Shown here: piece after piece, positions 10,165-19,812 of the stretch
How the letters are laid out: each line of letters begins with the position of its first letter
Numbering within the stretch: the stretch's first letter is position 1
From: Candidatus Poribacteria bacterium
Lineage (GTDB): Bacteria; Poribacteria; WGA-4E; UBA9662
Length of the DNA: 44,140 nucleotides
Direction: 5' to 3'
Assembly (NCBI GenBank): GCA_036339735.1
Contig: JAYZAL010000052.1
Location: forward strand, 1-44,140
Made by a program: the position numbers and the translations under genes
The notes under the pieces: model-generated
Databases searched by the model: none
Seen by the model: only the letters and a program-made list of their open reading frames with translations
What the model was told of the DNA's origin: nothing

Positions 10165-10971
10165 ATGAATCAGCAAGATTTTGACGCACACGTCTTGCGT
10201 ATCAAGCTGGAGGGCTATACGGTTTTATCCGGCCAGTTGACCGATCAGGAGTGCCAAGAGGCTAAGTGGCAACTAGAGCGACTAGCTGATGAAGCTAACG
10301 ATTATTCAATCGGTGGTATTAACAACCTATTCAATAAAGCTCGAGTCTTTGAACGCATTTACCAACTACCCGACCTCCTACGAGTAATACGTTATTTTTT
10401 AGGTGAAGATGCAGTTCTGAGTGGTGCCTACGGCAGTATTCGTCGGCCTGGATCTAGTGGTGGAGGACTTCACTCCGATGGTTCTCAAACTGGCCATAAT
10501 CGAGCGCTGGCGGAAGCTGACAATGACCAGCGTATAACTAGTCATGTCCTGGGTTTGAACGTGATTTTTTGTATTAGTTCCTTCACTAATACTAATGGTG
10601 CTACTCACCTTGTTCCTGGCAGCTTTCAGTACGATAGTTTTAGGCCACCAGCTGCACCAGTTCCAGGGCAAAGAATTGTTGAAGCTGACAGTGGATCAGT
10701 TCTGGTCTTTAATTTTAATACTTGGCATGGCCCTTCCGAAAATCAAAGTCAGGATACACGTTATGCTATTCTCAGCCCTTGGCGAAGGCAGTGGATAAGA
10801 CCAGAAAATGAATTATCTCGGTTGGTTGCTCCAGAAGTGCTAGAGCGAGCTGGTGAGAATGGTAAAAAGGTTTTTGGCATCAGTGCGCTGCCACCTTATC
10901 TCGAAGGGTGGCAATGGGACCGAGCTAGCGGTGGACCTAAATCGGATTGGGAACATCTCAGACGTTTTTAA
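10165..10971 (+). CDS. Phytanoyl-CoA dioxygenase (PhyH) family Fe(II)/2OG oxygenase
   Basis: EGYTVL start, LHSD facial-triad motif, NGATHLVPGS, distal WHG, conserved Arg. Confidence 0.88.
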   Translation: MNQQDFDAHVLRIKLEGYTVLSGQLTDQECQEAKWQLERLADEANDYSIGGINNLFNKARVFERIYQLPDLLRVIRYFLGEDAVLSGAYGSIRRPGSSGGGLHSDGSQTGHNRALAEADNDQRITSHVLGLNVIFCISSFTNTNGATHLVPGSFQYDSFRPPAAPVPGQRIVEADSGSVLVFNFNTWHGPSENQSQDTRYAILSPWRRQWIRPENELSRLVAPEVLERAGENGKKVFGISALPPYLEGWQWDRASGGPKSDWEHLRRF

Positions 10972-10986
10972 CAAGAGGTACTAGAT

Positions 10987-13404
10987 TTGTCTCAGTCCGT
11001 CCGGCTTTTATGTCCCTTGATTATTCTGTTTGTGTTTGCTATTGGGTTAACTTGGATGGGTTGCGGTGAAGAAGACGATTCAATCGACCTACCACCTCAA
11101 CCCATCAATGTCCAAGCCACTGTCGAGCCTAATCATGTTTCTCTAGAATGGGAACTCTCGGAATCTAACAATAACCGACTGAGATTCTACGTTTATCGAC
11201 GGATAGCATCTGAAAACGAATCCAGACAAATTGCCAAGACTGAGCAACCTTCCTACCAAGATTTTTCAGTTATTGCTGATACGAGCTATTTTTATTACAT
11301 ATCGACTACTAGAAGTAGAAAAGACCAAAAGTTTGAAAGCCGACTATCTGAACCAATTCGCATAGATTTTTTTCAGCCTAAATTGATAATCGAACCTGCT
11401 CAGATCGATCTTGTTTCTTCAGAAACTACTGCTAAATTTCGGTTACAGAACCAAGGATTAGCAATTCTGAATTGGTCTATTGAAAAAACTCCTGATTGGC
11501 TATCGATTGATATCAGTGGAGGTTTCATTAATCCGAGTCAATCCGAAACTGTTATAGCAACTATTGTTTCCGATCTAAAACCAGACCTTTATCAGTCTAA
11601 TCTCCAGATAGATGTTACCGGATCGGGTCCAGTGATTCTACCAGTATTTCTCGAAGTTTCTGCTAAACCAAAAATTTGGCTTAGTAGCGAAGAAATCCAA
11701 TTCGGATACAATGACGATAGCAAGAATTTAGTCCTAAAAAACAGCGGAACGGGCATCTTAGATTGGACAATCGTTAGCCCTGAAAATTGGCTGCTTGTTG
11801 AGCCCAGCAGAGGACAGATCAAGGCCGAAACCAAGATAGTAAAGTTAAGCGTTGATCGATCGGCCCTACCAACCGGAATGACAAGCACTCAACTAACACT
11901 TTCAACTGGTAATGGCCAGGTGTTGCCTATTTCGGTCAATATTGGCACATCTCGACCCATTCTAGCTCTTTCCGATAATAAAGTAGACTTCGAATCTGAT
12001 AGCCAAAGAAAAACGATCATTCTCCGTAATGAGGGACTAGTGGATTTATCCTGGAGATTAACCCCACCCAGACCACGTTGGCTTCAAACTATTCCTTCTA
12101 GAGGAGTGTTACCGCCGAAATCATCTACTGAGGTTGGATTGATTTTCGATCGAAGTTGGGTGCCCGCGGGTCAACACAATTTCGAAGTTGAATTTTCCTC
12201 CTCACCATCGACGGATAATTTTCCCAGTCAGTCCTTACTGATTTTTGCTCAGAAAAAGGGGCAGATTTTTGGCTTAGTTAAGGATAGTAGAACTGGTAGA
12301 TCGTTGGCTAATGCTGAAATATATTTACCTCCCTACCGAGAAAAGAGCAAGTCTGACGGTAAATTTGTGTTGCCTTTTGACAATGAAGGACAACATCAAA
12401 TTAATATTACAGCCGATCGGTATATAGGTCGCATAGAAACTATTAAGACCATATTTGGCGAAGCTAAAGTGGTTATCGATCTGAGTCCAGTTCCCAAGAT
12501 CGATCAGCAAATCATGGCTGGCAAACATATATCTCATCCGGTTCGTGTTGCTTTCAGTGCTAATTCGATTTACGTTACCAATCAACGGCATCATTCACAA
12601 TTAACAGTAGTTGAGTCGAATGGAGTCGCGAGTAGCCTTCATCTGAACGAACCAGAAGTCTTACAGAGGGATGAGAATCCTGTTGGTATTGCCATCACTA
12701 AAGATAAAATCTGCTTAGCATTGTCGGATATCGATAAGATTTCAATCGTTTCAGCTGATGATGGTAGAGAAATTCACCGTTTCAAAGTGGGGGATTATCC
12801 AGTCGATTGCGTAGTTTCAGATGATGGGCGTTGGTTATATGTGAGTCTGCAGAGGGAAAACCGGATAGCAGTAGTTGATTTAGAAATACCGGCCCGAATT
12901 CACCGTATCGTAGTTGGTGCTCAACCAAACCGTTTACTGATTAGAGACGGTCTGCTTTATGTGTGTAATTATGGGGATGCGACGGTTTCAGTGATTGACC
13001 TCGGTAGACGTCTAGAAGTTTTGCGAATTCGAGTTGGGCAACTACCAACCAACTTGAGTATAGCTCAAAATAGTCATTACCTTTATGTAGTCAATTCTTT
13101 GTCTGATGATCTGTCAATCATTGATCTCAATACTCACCGGGAGGTTGCACGACCACAAGTTTCAGTTTCACCAGTCGCTGTTTCATCGATCCGCGAACCG
13201 AACGGTAGAGAACTTGTCTACGTTGGAAACCAGGACGGTAGCTTACAGATTTACGAGATTTTTGTCCAACACGACAAATTGGAACTCATTCCACGCCTAC
13301 GTTTAAATACAAAACTTCGGATGCAGGATATGAAGTACAATTCAAATCAGGAGAAGTTGGTTGTCCTTGGTAGGAATCAAATCACTATTTTCGGCTATGA
13401 TTGA
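10987..13404 (+). CDS. Multidomain surface lipoprotein: FN3-like + ~3 BACON/Ig-like repeats + carboxypeptidase-regulatory-like + YVTN beta-propeller
   Basis: Lipobox-like WMGC; repeated N-x-G-xx-(I/D)L-x-W...WL...G (BACON-like) units; GQIFGLVKDSRTG; YVTN and VGxxP repeats at the C-terminus. Confidence 0.75.
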   Translation: MSQSVRLLCPLIILFVFAIGLTWMGCGEEDDSIDLPPQPINVQATVEPNHVSLEWELSESNNNRLRFYVYRRIASENESRQIAKTEQPSYQDFSVIADTSYFYYISTTRSRKDQKFESRLSEPIRIDFFQPKLIIEPAQIDLVSSETTAKFRLQNQGLAILNWSIEKTPDWLSIDISGGFINPSQSETVIATIVSDLKPDLYQSNLQIDVTGSGPVILPVFLEVSAKPKIWLSSEEIQFGYNDDSKNLVLKNSGTGILDWTIVSPENWLLVEPSRGQIKAETKIVKLSVDRSALPTGMTSTQLTLSTGNGQVLPISVNIGTSRPILALSDNKVDFESDSQRKTIILRNEGLVDLSWRLTPPRPRWLQTIPSRGVLPPKSSTEVGLIFDRSWVPAGQHNFEVEFSSSPSTDNFPSQSLLIFAQKKGQIFGLVKDSRTGRSLANAEIYLPPYREKSKSDGKFVLPFDNEGQHQINITADRYIGRIETIKTIFGEAKVVIDLSPVPKIDQQIMAGKHISHPVRVAFSANSIYVTNQRHHSQLTVVESNGVASSLHLNEPEVLQRDENPVGIAITKDKICLALSDIDKISIVSADDGREIHRFKVGDYPVDCVVSDDGRWLYVSLQRENRIAVVDLEIPARIHRIVVGAQPNRLLIRDGLLYVCNYGDATVSVIDLGRRLEVLRIRVGQLPTNLSIAQNSHYLYVVNSLSDDLSIIDLNTHREVARPQVSVSPVAVSSIREPNGRELVYVGNQDGSLQIYEIFVQHDKLELIPRLRLNTKLRMQDMKYNSNQEKLVVLGRNQITIFGYD

Positions 13405-13711
13405 TGATAATTACCCTCAGGATAAAGATCCTGAAGTTCAGACGTTATGGATCAATGGAGAACTGGATTTACATACTTTTCATCCAAGTGAGATTAAGTC
13501 ATTGATTCCTGAATACATGAATGCTTGTCTAGAGCGTGACATTCGACGGATACGAATCGTCCACGGGAAAGGAACCGGAGTACTACGACAAACTGTACAC
13601 GCAATTTTGGATAAGCAGCCTCAGGTTTTGACATTTGGCTTAGCCGATCAATCAGAGGGTGGTTGGGGAGCAACCATTGTCCATTTACATTCGTCCAACA
13701 GTTCTGACTGA
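13397..13711 (+). CDS. Stand-alone Smr/MutS2 C-terminal domain protein
   Basis: LDLH, IRIVHGKGTGVLR and GGWGAT motifs. The ATG at 13397 overlaps the upstream stop (ATGATTGA). Confidence 0.9.
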   Translation: MIDDNYPQDKDPEVQTLWINGELDLHTFHPSEIKSLIPEYMNACLERDIRRIRIVHGKGTGVLRQTVHAILDKQPQVLTFGLADQSEGGWGATIVHLHSSNSSD

Positions 13712-13827
13712 CAAGGGACTAGATATTTACTTATGTTTGTTAGCCACCTATAATCCAATTTGGTTAACTATTGAAAAGCTATCTATGATCTTCTGTCCAA
13801 CAGACGATCATAAAGGATGTTTGCACA

Positions 13828-14835
13828 ATGTATAAAGCAGGTATTATTGGGTGTGGAGGTCGAGGGAGAGCACATGCTCAGGGCTATCAATTATCACCGG
13901 ATGTAGAAATTGTGGCTTGCTCTGATCCAGTTGAAGATAGTCGTAGTGGTTTTGTGAAACAATTTGGAATAGAGCGATCCTATGATGATTACCAACAAAT
14001 GTTGGACGAAGAAGATCTTGATTTTGTTAGTGTGTGTACTTGGATTCGTCTACATACGGATATGATTGTAAATGCGGCCAATAGTGGAATCAAAGCGATT
14101 CACGCCGAAAAACCTATTGCGCCTACTTGGGGAGAAGCCAGAAAATTATATCAAGCTTGCCTAGACAATGATGTTTTAATTACTTTCTGTCATCAGCGTC
14201 GTTTTGGTGCACCTTTTGTTAAGGCAAAGCAATTAGCTCATGATGGAACTATTGGTGAACTAGTTCGAGTAGAGGGCAATTGTCCCAACATGCTGGATTG
14301 GGGAACACATTGGTTTGATATGTTCTTTTTCTATAATAATGACCAACCTGCGGAGTGGGTTATCGGTCAGGTTGATGGTAGTAGTACCAAAGAAGTATTT
14401 GGCGTATCAGTTGCGGCCGGCGGAGTTTCCTGGATTCGATGGAAGAATGGGTTAGAAGGACTTTTGGCTACTGGAAGTACTGGTCTACAAGGGGCCGCCA
14501 ACCGATTAGTTGGTACACACGGAAAAATTGAGGTCCATGCTGATGGAGTCCCAATTCGAGTTATGTCTAGTGAGTCAAATGATTGGCAGTTTCCGAATTT
14601 GAGTGGGGTTGTTCCTACCACAGGAAATGACACGTCTTTGTCAGTATTAAACCTCATAGAGGCTGTCAAAACCGGTCAAGAACCCGAGCTCAGCGGGCGT
14701 AAGGCTATGCAAGCAACAGAATTGATCTTTGCAACTTACCAATCTAGTCGTATTCGCCGTAAAGTTATACTACCACTCAACATCGATGATTCCCCTCTTC
14801 TGTCAATGATTGAAACTGGTGAAATAGCTGTATAA
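13828..14835 (+). CDS. Gfo/Idh/MocA family oxidoreductase
   Basis: GIIGCGG Rossmann motif, EKP, DWGTHWFD. Confidence 0.92.
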   Translation: MYKAGIIGCGGRGRAHAQGYQLSPDVEIVACSDPVEDSRSGFVKQFGIERSYDDYQQMLDEEDLDFVSVCTWIRLHTDMIVNAANSGIKAIHAEKPIAPTWGEARKLYQACLDNDVLITFCHQRRFGAPFVKAKQLAHDGTIGELVRVEGNCPNMLDWGTHWFDMFFFYNNDQPAEWVIGQVDGSSTKEVFGVSVAAGGVSWIRWKNGLEGLLATGSTGLQGAANRLVGTHGKIEVHADGVPIRVMSSESNDWQFPNLSGVVPTTGNDTSLSVLNLIEAVKTGQEPELSGRKAMQATELIFATYQSSRIRRKVILPLNIDDSPLLSMIETGEIAV

Positions 14836-14840
14836 AACAC

Positions 14841-14871
14841 GGGGTTTTAAAACAGATGAATCCCCAAAAAA
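14841..14871. terminator. Possible terminator hairpin between the Gfo gene and the convergent RNA element
   Basis: GGGG...CCCC imperfect inverted repeat 14841-14865 immediately after the stop codon, with an adjacent A/T run. Confidence 0.35.
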
Positions 14872-14902
14872 TCAAACCACGGAGTAGCTAATTCTAATAA
14901 AA

Positions 14903-15222
14903 GGTGGTTAAACATAAACCGAGTCCTGCCGATTGACCACGACATAGAAAGCAACTTTCACTCTTTATTATTGCTCATCAACACTAGTCGTCACCATCCC
15001 CAAACAAACAAAATTCGAATCCGAATAGGGAACGAGTCTACTAGGATACACAAATCAGAAACACTGGCCAGTTTCAAGATCTTACGTTACGATCGAGAAG
15101 CCAGCCAGCTGAAATTCATACGGAGCGCCCAGTTGGAGCCTGGGGCTTTATGTTGCGTACAACCTAATAGGAGGTTAGTACGACGCATGCTCAACCCCAT
15201 AATATAATATCGAGGTAGGCAC
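14903..15222 (-). ncRNA. Putative large structured non-coding RNA (unassigned family)
   Basis: Own sigma70 promoter; 5' GGGGUUGAGCAU pairs with 3' AUGUUUAACCACC; five internal hairpins rich in G-U pairs that form only on the minus strand; no credible ORF. Confidence 0.6.
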
Positions 15223-15228
15223 GCTGCG

Positions 15229-15257
15229 ATTGTACCATCTAAATATATTTACATCAA
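15229..15257 (-). promoter_or_regulatory. Near-consensus sigma70 promoter with extended -10, pointing into the putative ncRNA
   Basis: Minus strand TTGATG (15257-15252), 17-nt spacer ending in TGG, TACAAT (15234-15229). Confidence 0.65.
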
Positions 15258-15356
15258 GATGCAGTTTTTTATCTTCTTGATTTTTAGTTTTTCGAAAAAT
15301 CAGAAGTTCATTTTTTCCATAAATAGAACATCTGGTCAATATGGACTAACAAAAGA

Positions 15357-15671
15357 TTAATTGTTGGAGAAATTTGGGTTATCAAGTTTCCATAATTTTC
15401 GAATTACTAGAGAATCTAATGATATATGATCTATATTTTCATCACTTAAATAATTCGTGGGCGATTGATCATCCTGTCTTGTTCGACTAGTAGCAAACTC
15501 ATCACAAATACGAGACAAATTATTAATAAAACAGTTCCACCGATCTTTTTTGTGCCGCGACTGCCCTTCAGACAAGACCAAGGATAATTCATACAAATTG
15601 GTTTTTGAATACCGTTGATTTTGGGTCAAACAATTATTTTTGGGTTGATTTGTTTCTTGTTCTAGTTCCAT
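15357..15671 (-). CDS. Hypothetical protein
   Basis: 104-aa ATG ORF in an AT-rich gap with no overlap; no recognisable motif. Confidence 0.4.
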   Translation of the reverse strand: MELEQETNQPKNNCLTQNQRYSKTNLYELSLVLSEGQSRHKKDRWNCFINNLSRICDEFATSRTRQDDQSPTNYLSDENIDHISLDSLVIRKLWKLDNPNFSNN

Positions 15672-16470
15672 AAGATTTATTGCTTATAAATTCGTATATA
15701 CCAGTTTAATTTAATTAACGGATACTAAGTGGAAAAATAGGTCAAGGTTAAAATTTAAGAGAATAACAAACATTATAACTGTATTATCATCTTTTCAGTT
15801 TACTTTCTGATCTGAGTGAATCAGTTTTAACTGAATCTTTGGGGATAGTTGTTGCTACTAAATTCTAAGTTGATACTCGCTATTTTCGTTGACAGTTAGG
15901 TTTTCAGTAGGTGGATTGGTTTCTTCCAATCGGTTATTAACGTCCGTTCTATAGGACTGATTAGATCGGTTAATGTTCGGGTTTTTATAAATGATGGCTG
16001 GCAAAAAACATCACTCTATTCTTTAAAGAAAATTATATTTTATTTCAGAGAAACGAGCATCGATTAAAAACAGAAAAGCTGATATGATTCCCAACCCAAG
16101 AAACAAATTAGTACATGTTTTACCGTGTTGACTATCAAAGAAGGCTAAAACCACTGACAGTGTTTATTAACAATTGCCAGACCGCCCCCCTCGACTTTTC
16201 TAAACCGAAAAAGGTTCCTGGTTATAACATCTGGGTGTAAATTCTTTAATACATTGTATTCCAAGAATAAAAAACAAAGAATATGAAATGAGGGGCCATT
16301 TTTACGGTGTTTTGTCTTGCTATACAAATCGACTAATCCGCAAAAATCTTAGTAGAAATGTAAAAAATTCTATGATTCGTAAAACTGGTAGATTATGAAC
16401 AAAATTATCTAATAATCCAGTAGCTCGATGGATGTTTTACATGCTAGTTGACGTACAAATTTAACCTAAC

Positions 16471-17361
16471 CTACATTTCGAATGATCGACCTGTTAAATT
16501 ACCTTTGACATAGGCATCTCTGAATAGGCTCTGCCGCTTTGGTGGCATCGTGGCCAAATAATCGGGATTTGGCTGAGATTTTGTCCAACGCCGATCAATG
16601 GAATTATAAGCGTTAAAGATGGCGATTCGGTCTCGATTTGGGTTGGTCCAGGGCTGGCCGCTGTGTGTTATAGCCTCGGTGAAAATGATCGCTGATCCCG
16701 CTGGGCACGAGTAAGTATCCCACAATGAGGATTTGTTCTGATAAGCTGATTTCGGAGCTGTAAAAGCTGATTTGTGGCTACCGGTTATAAATAAAGTTCC
16801 CCCATCTCCCTCCTCTACAACGTTTAATTCCCATACCACTCTTGTCAATCCAGCAAAGGCTTTCCCTGGAATGCAATGGTACTCGTGACAATCACCTGGC
16901 ATTCGCCACATTCCATTACCATTATGGGGTGAAAATGGGGTTTTTGTTTGACCGTTTGCAGACCGAAAGGCTGCAAAGCTCATTTCCATTCGGAAACCGT
17001 AGCAATCTTGGCTCGACAGATATGGAGAAGCCAGAAACTCATTTGCAAAACCGACAACCACCGGATGGTCCATTAACCTTTGTAAAGGCCCACCATAGGT
17101 CGATCGTTGTTCCGCAGGGATTGATTCGGGGTCTTGCTGTAGGCGTTGACAAAAAAGACGCATTTCCTCTAAATCGCTTGAATTGAGTACACTAGGAATT
17201 ACCAACCAGCCTCTCGCATCAAAAATATACTTCTGTTCTGTTGTCAGAGGTATTATTGGTTGATCATCGGAATTGGTTTCAGGAAAAGTATGTGGCTTTA
17301 TCGTCAACGGTTGTCCAAGGTCTTTACTAAAAAGAACGGGTTCAGTCACTTCGTATTCCAT
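16471..17361 (-). CDS. PhyH-family Fe(II)/2OG oxygenase with atypical H-N-G motif
   Basis: LTTEQKYIFDARGWLVIP, PHNG, DGGTLFITGSHKS, EAITHSG and DR motifs. ATG at 17361 follows a GGAG RBS. Confidence 0.85.
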   Translation of the reverse strand: MEYEVTEPVLFSKDLGQPLTIKPHTFPETNSDDQPIIPLTTEQKYIFDARGWLVIPSVLNSSDLEEMRLFCQRLQQDPESIPAEQRSTYGGPLQRLMDHPVVVGFANEFLASPYLSSQDCYGFRMEMSFAAFRSANGQTKTPFSPHNGNGMWRMPGDCHEYHCIPGKAFAGLTRVVWELNVVEEGDGGTLFITGSHKSAFTAPKSAYQNKSSLWDTYSCPAGSAIIFTEAITHSGQPWTNPNRDRIAIFNAYNSIDRRWTKSQPNPDYLATMPPKRQSLFRDAYVKGNLTGRSFEM

Positions 17362-17560
17362 AATATTTCTCTCCAAAAAAGTGAAACCACGAAAAGATGG
17401 CTAAGTTATACTGAACGGTTAGCCACAAATGAATGTAATAGGGTAAGGAGTTGTCGTATTTTCTTTCAGATGATTGAATCTTTTGGCATCTATCTATTTG
17501 TTTCGTTATGGGTTACATCGTGTATAAAATATGGCTGGAGAATTAAAAGCCTATTTTAAA

Positions 17561-18367
17561 TTATCCTTTGATTATGGGTTGGCAGGCTTGAAGAAAATCA
17601 TAATTGGAAGCACTAAACCCATACTGTTGTTCTACTTCACGAATAGCAATTTCCGTAGTCAAACTATCATCTAACGTATCGGGAAACTCAACACCAGTTG
17701 TGGCTTCTCGAAGCAGGATGGTGTTGTACCCTCTACTTGCCATGGAACGGATCCCATAATCTCGTCCCAGAACACACCAGTTAGTGGCAAATCCAACATA
17801 GATTAAATGAAAAATTCCTTTGTCAGTTAGTAGGTGATGCAGTTGTTGACCTGTAGCAATTACTTCATCTTCCGGTTTTACAATAATCTCTTCTGAAATT
17901 GACAACTGGTCTGCCAATTTTTCCCAATGGACACTAATACCAGGTGGTTGGCTTCGCGGGCCACGGTAAATTTGATATTCGCCTGATCGGTTCCGAAATT
18001 TGGTTGGTGGCCAGCTATCTGATTCACTCTTGGGCCAATTTGACATCTGATCCAAAATAATTGACTGATCAAAATGAGCTGCTACTGGTGGAGATGGCGC
18101 ATGTACAATGGTTATACGCTCACCATTATACTCACATTTCCGAACTGTTTCCAAAATTGGTACAATCGATTCTTTGGTGATTTTTTGTGCTCTTTCAATC
18201 CAACTCTCGATGAAATGTACATTCCAGACATCGACCAGAATCAATGCTGTTTGAGCTAAAGGTAGCGGCATTTTGATTTGACGTCGAACAAAATTTTCTT
18301 CACGGCAAGGTACATTCTTTGGTGTACTGTCTTGAAAATATCGTACCTGTAGTTCGATCACTGACAT
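17561..18367 (-). CDS. Isochorismatase-like cysteine hydrolase
   Basis: TALILVDVW, YVGFATNWCV (cis-peptide/Cys motif) and GYNTILLREAT; GGAG RBS. Confidence 0.85.
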   Translation of the reverse strand: MSVIELQVRYFQDSTPKNVPCREENFVRRQIKMPLPLAQTALILVDVWNVHFIESWIERAQKITKESIVPILETVRKCEYNGERITIVHAPSPPVAAHFDQSIILDQMSNWPKSESDSWPPTKFRNRSGEYQIYRGPRSQPPGISVHWEKLADQLSISEEIIVKPEDEVIATGQQLHHLLTDKGIFHLIYVGFATNWCVLGRDYGIRSMASRGYNTILLREATTGVEFPDTLDDSLTTEIAIREVEQQYGFSASNYDFLQACQPIIKG

Positions 18368-18834
18368 GTAAAACTCCTCCTATCTACTTAATCTAGAAAC
18401 AGTATATGATTGAGTTGGTACGGTATTAGCTTTTTTATGTCAATCTCATCTTTGAGATTAAATTACTTTTTTAATTCTATAGACATAAGTCGTAGATGTA
18501 CAAGACCAGGAATCAAAAGATATCCTTCAATCCTAACGTTTTCATGCTGGTGAGCCTGAAAACACTTTTTTGTGTTCCATTTCTTTTATAAAAAAGTGGA
18601 GCTTAACAAGATATAGCCTTATAACTATGCCTCGTTAAATAATTAAGACTGAACCTTCCCGCTTGCTGCTATTTTTATTCTCAATCACTTATACGATGGG
18701 AATGATCCATTATCTCTTTATTTAGTTATTCACACATACTTTTTTGTTCTATTACAATTATTTTCCTAAGATCTTTGCATGAATTACTTTTTTTTGATAT
18801 GGTTCAGTTCATCTTGAATATGACGGAGTTTAGA

Positions 18835-19416
18835 ATGAAAAAGCCAATTAATCAACTATTAATTCCACTTTTAGCGACGTTTGTGCTTGTCTTTTCGTGT
18901 GGTGAATCAGATAGCCCTACACAAACTGTGAGTTCCTCTTCATCTACGACAAAAGAAGACGAACTCAGTTTAGATGAGCAGGTCGTAGAAATCGATTTGG
19001 TTGCTGAAGAAGCTGCAATTAGGACAGAACACCAAGCGTTAGTTGAGGATATTAATTCTCGGGACCGAGATCCGAATGTAGTCACGGCCCACTGGCTAGA
19101 AAGAGGATCAGTTTTAATGTCCCACAATTTCTTTGGCGAATTAGTGGCTAGTAAAAGCCTTCAAAAAATCAGAGGATCGTGGAAGGTTGTTTTTAAGCGA
19201 CGTGCTCCCTGGCCCATGAAAAGTGAAATTGAAACTCTTTCCATAGACGAAAAAAGAGGGCAGACTGCACGGGTAGAAGGTTTGTTTGAGTACCAATCCC
19301 GAACAAGAAGACCATTTAAAGCTCTATACCAAAAAAATAAAGAGGGAAAATGGAAAATCAAAGCCATGGACTATGGTGATAATGGCTTCATTAAAGGATT
19401 TAAAATTGTCAACTAG
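18835..19416 (+). CDS. Lipoprotein with NTF2/SnoaL-like (DUF4440-like) domain
   Basis: MKK + hydrophobic stretch + VFSC lipobox, Ser/Thr-rich linker, EEAAIR helix and GKWKI terminal strand; GGAG upstream of ATG 18835. Confidence 0.65.
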   Translation: MKKPINQLLIPLLATFVLVFSCGESDSPTQTVSSSSSTTKEDELSLDEQVVEIDLVAEEAAIRTEHQALVEDINSRDRDPNVVTAHWLERGSVLMSHNFFGELVASKSLQKIRGSWKVVFKRRAPWPMKSEIETLSIDEKRGQTARVEGLFEYQSRTRRPFKALYQKNKEGKWKIKAMDYGDNGFIKGFKIVN

Positions 19417-19812
19417 AACTGCTTGACCAAAAATCATATTCTTTATGGTCTTTTTTTGAACTCGAAAAATAGGAGGATAGTAACTAGTTATTGGTACAAC
19501 ATAAGTGAGATGGGTATAGGCAACCTGAAATAGATGGAATAGAAGATGTTGTATCTTCTATCCCTCTTACTTAACCTTCGAGTGACGGTTTAGACTGTTG
19601 TTACCTTAATAACATATATAGCTATACTTCATTGATATGCAGAAAAGGATATTCAGCATATCACCAAACAAAAATTGTGAGGCTTTTACAATCCTTGTTT
19701 GGGAGAATTCATGTCAACAAGAAAAGGACTTCTTGGTTATCTTGATCTTTAGGCAAAAAGACCCAAATAAAAAAGAGAAAAGAAAATTATTTCAATAATT
19801 TTCTTTATTAAC

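Noticed and set aside
14903-15198. tmRNA, group II intron or canonical RNase P assignment for the structured element
   Set aside because: It starts GGGGUUGA but has no T-arm/CCA end or ALAA-type tag. The GUGAAAG segment does not fold as intron domain V, and the invariant RNase P GAGGAAAGUC is absent. Left unassigned.
14971-15207. 78-aa plus-strand ORF and a 37-aa minus-strand ORF over the structured element
   Set aside because: No RBS or protein-like motifs; strand-specific G-U pairing is better explained by an RNA.
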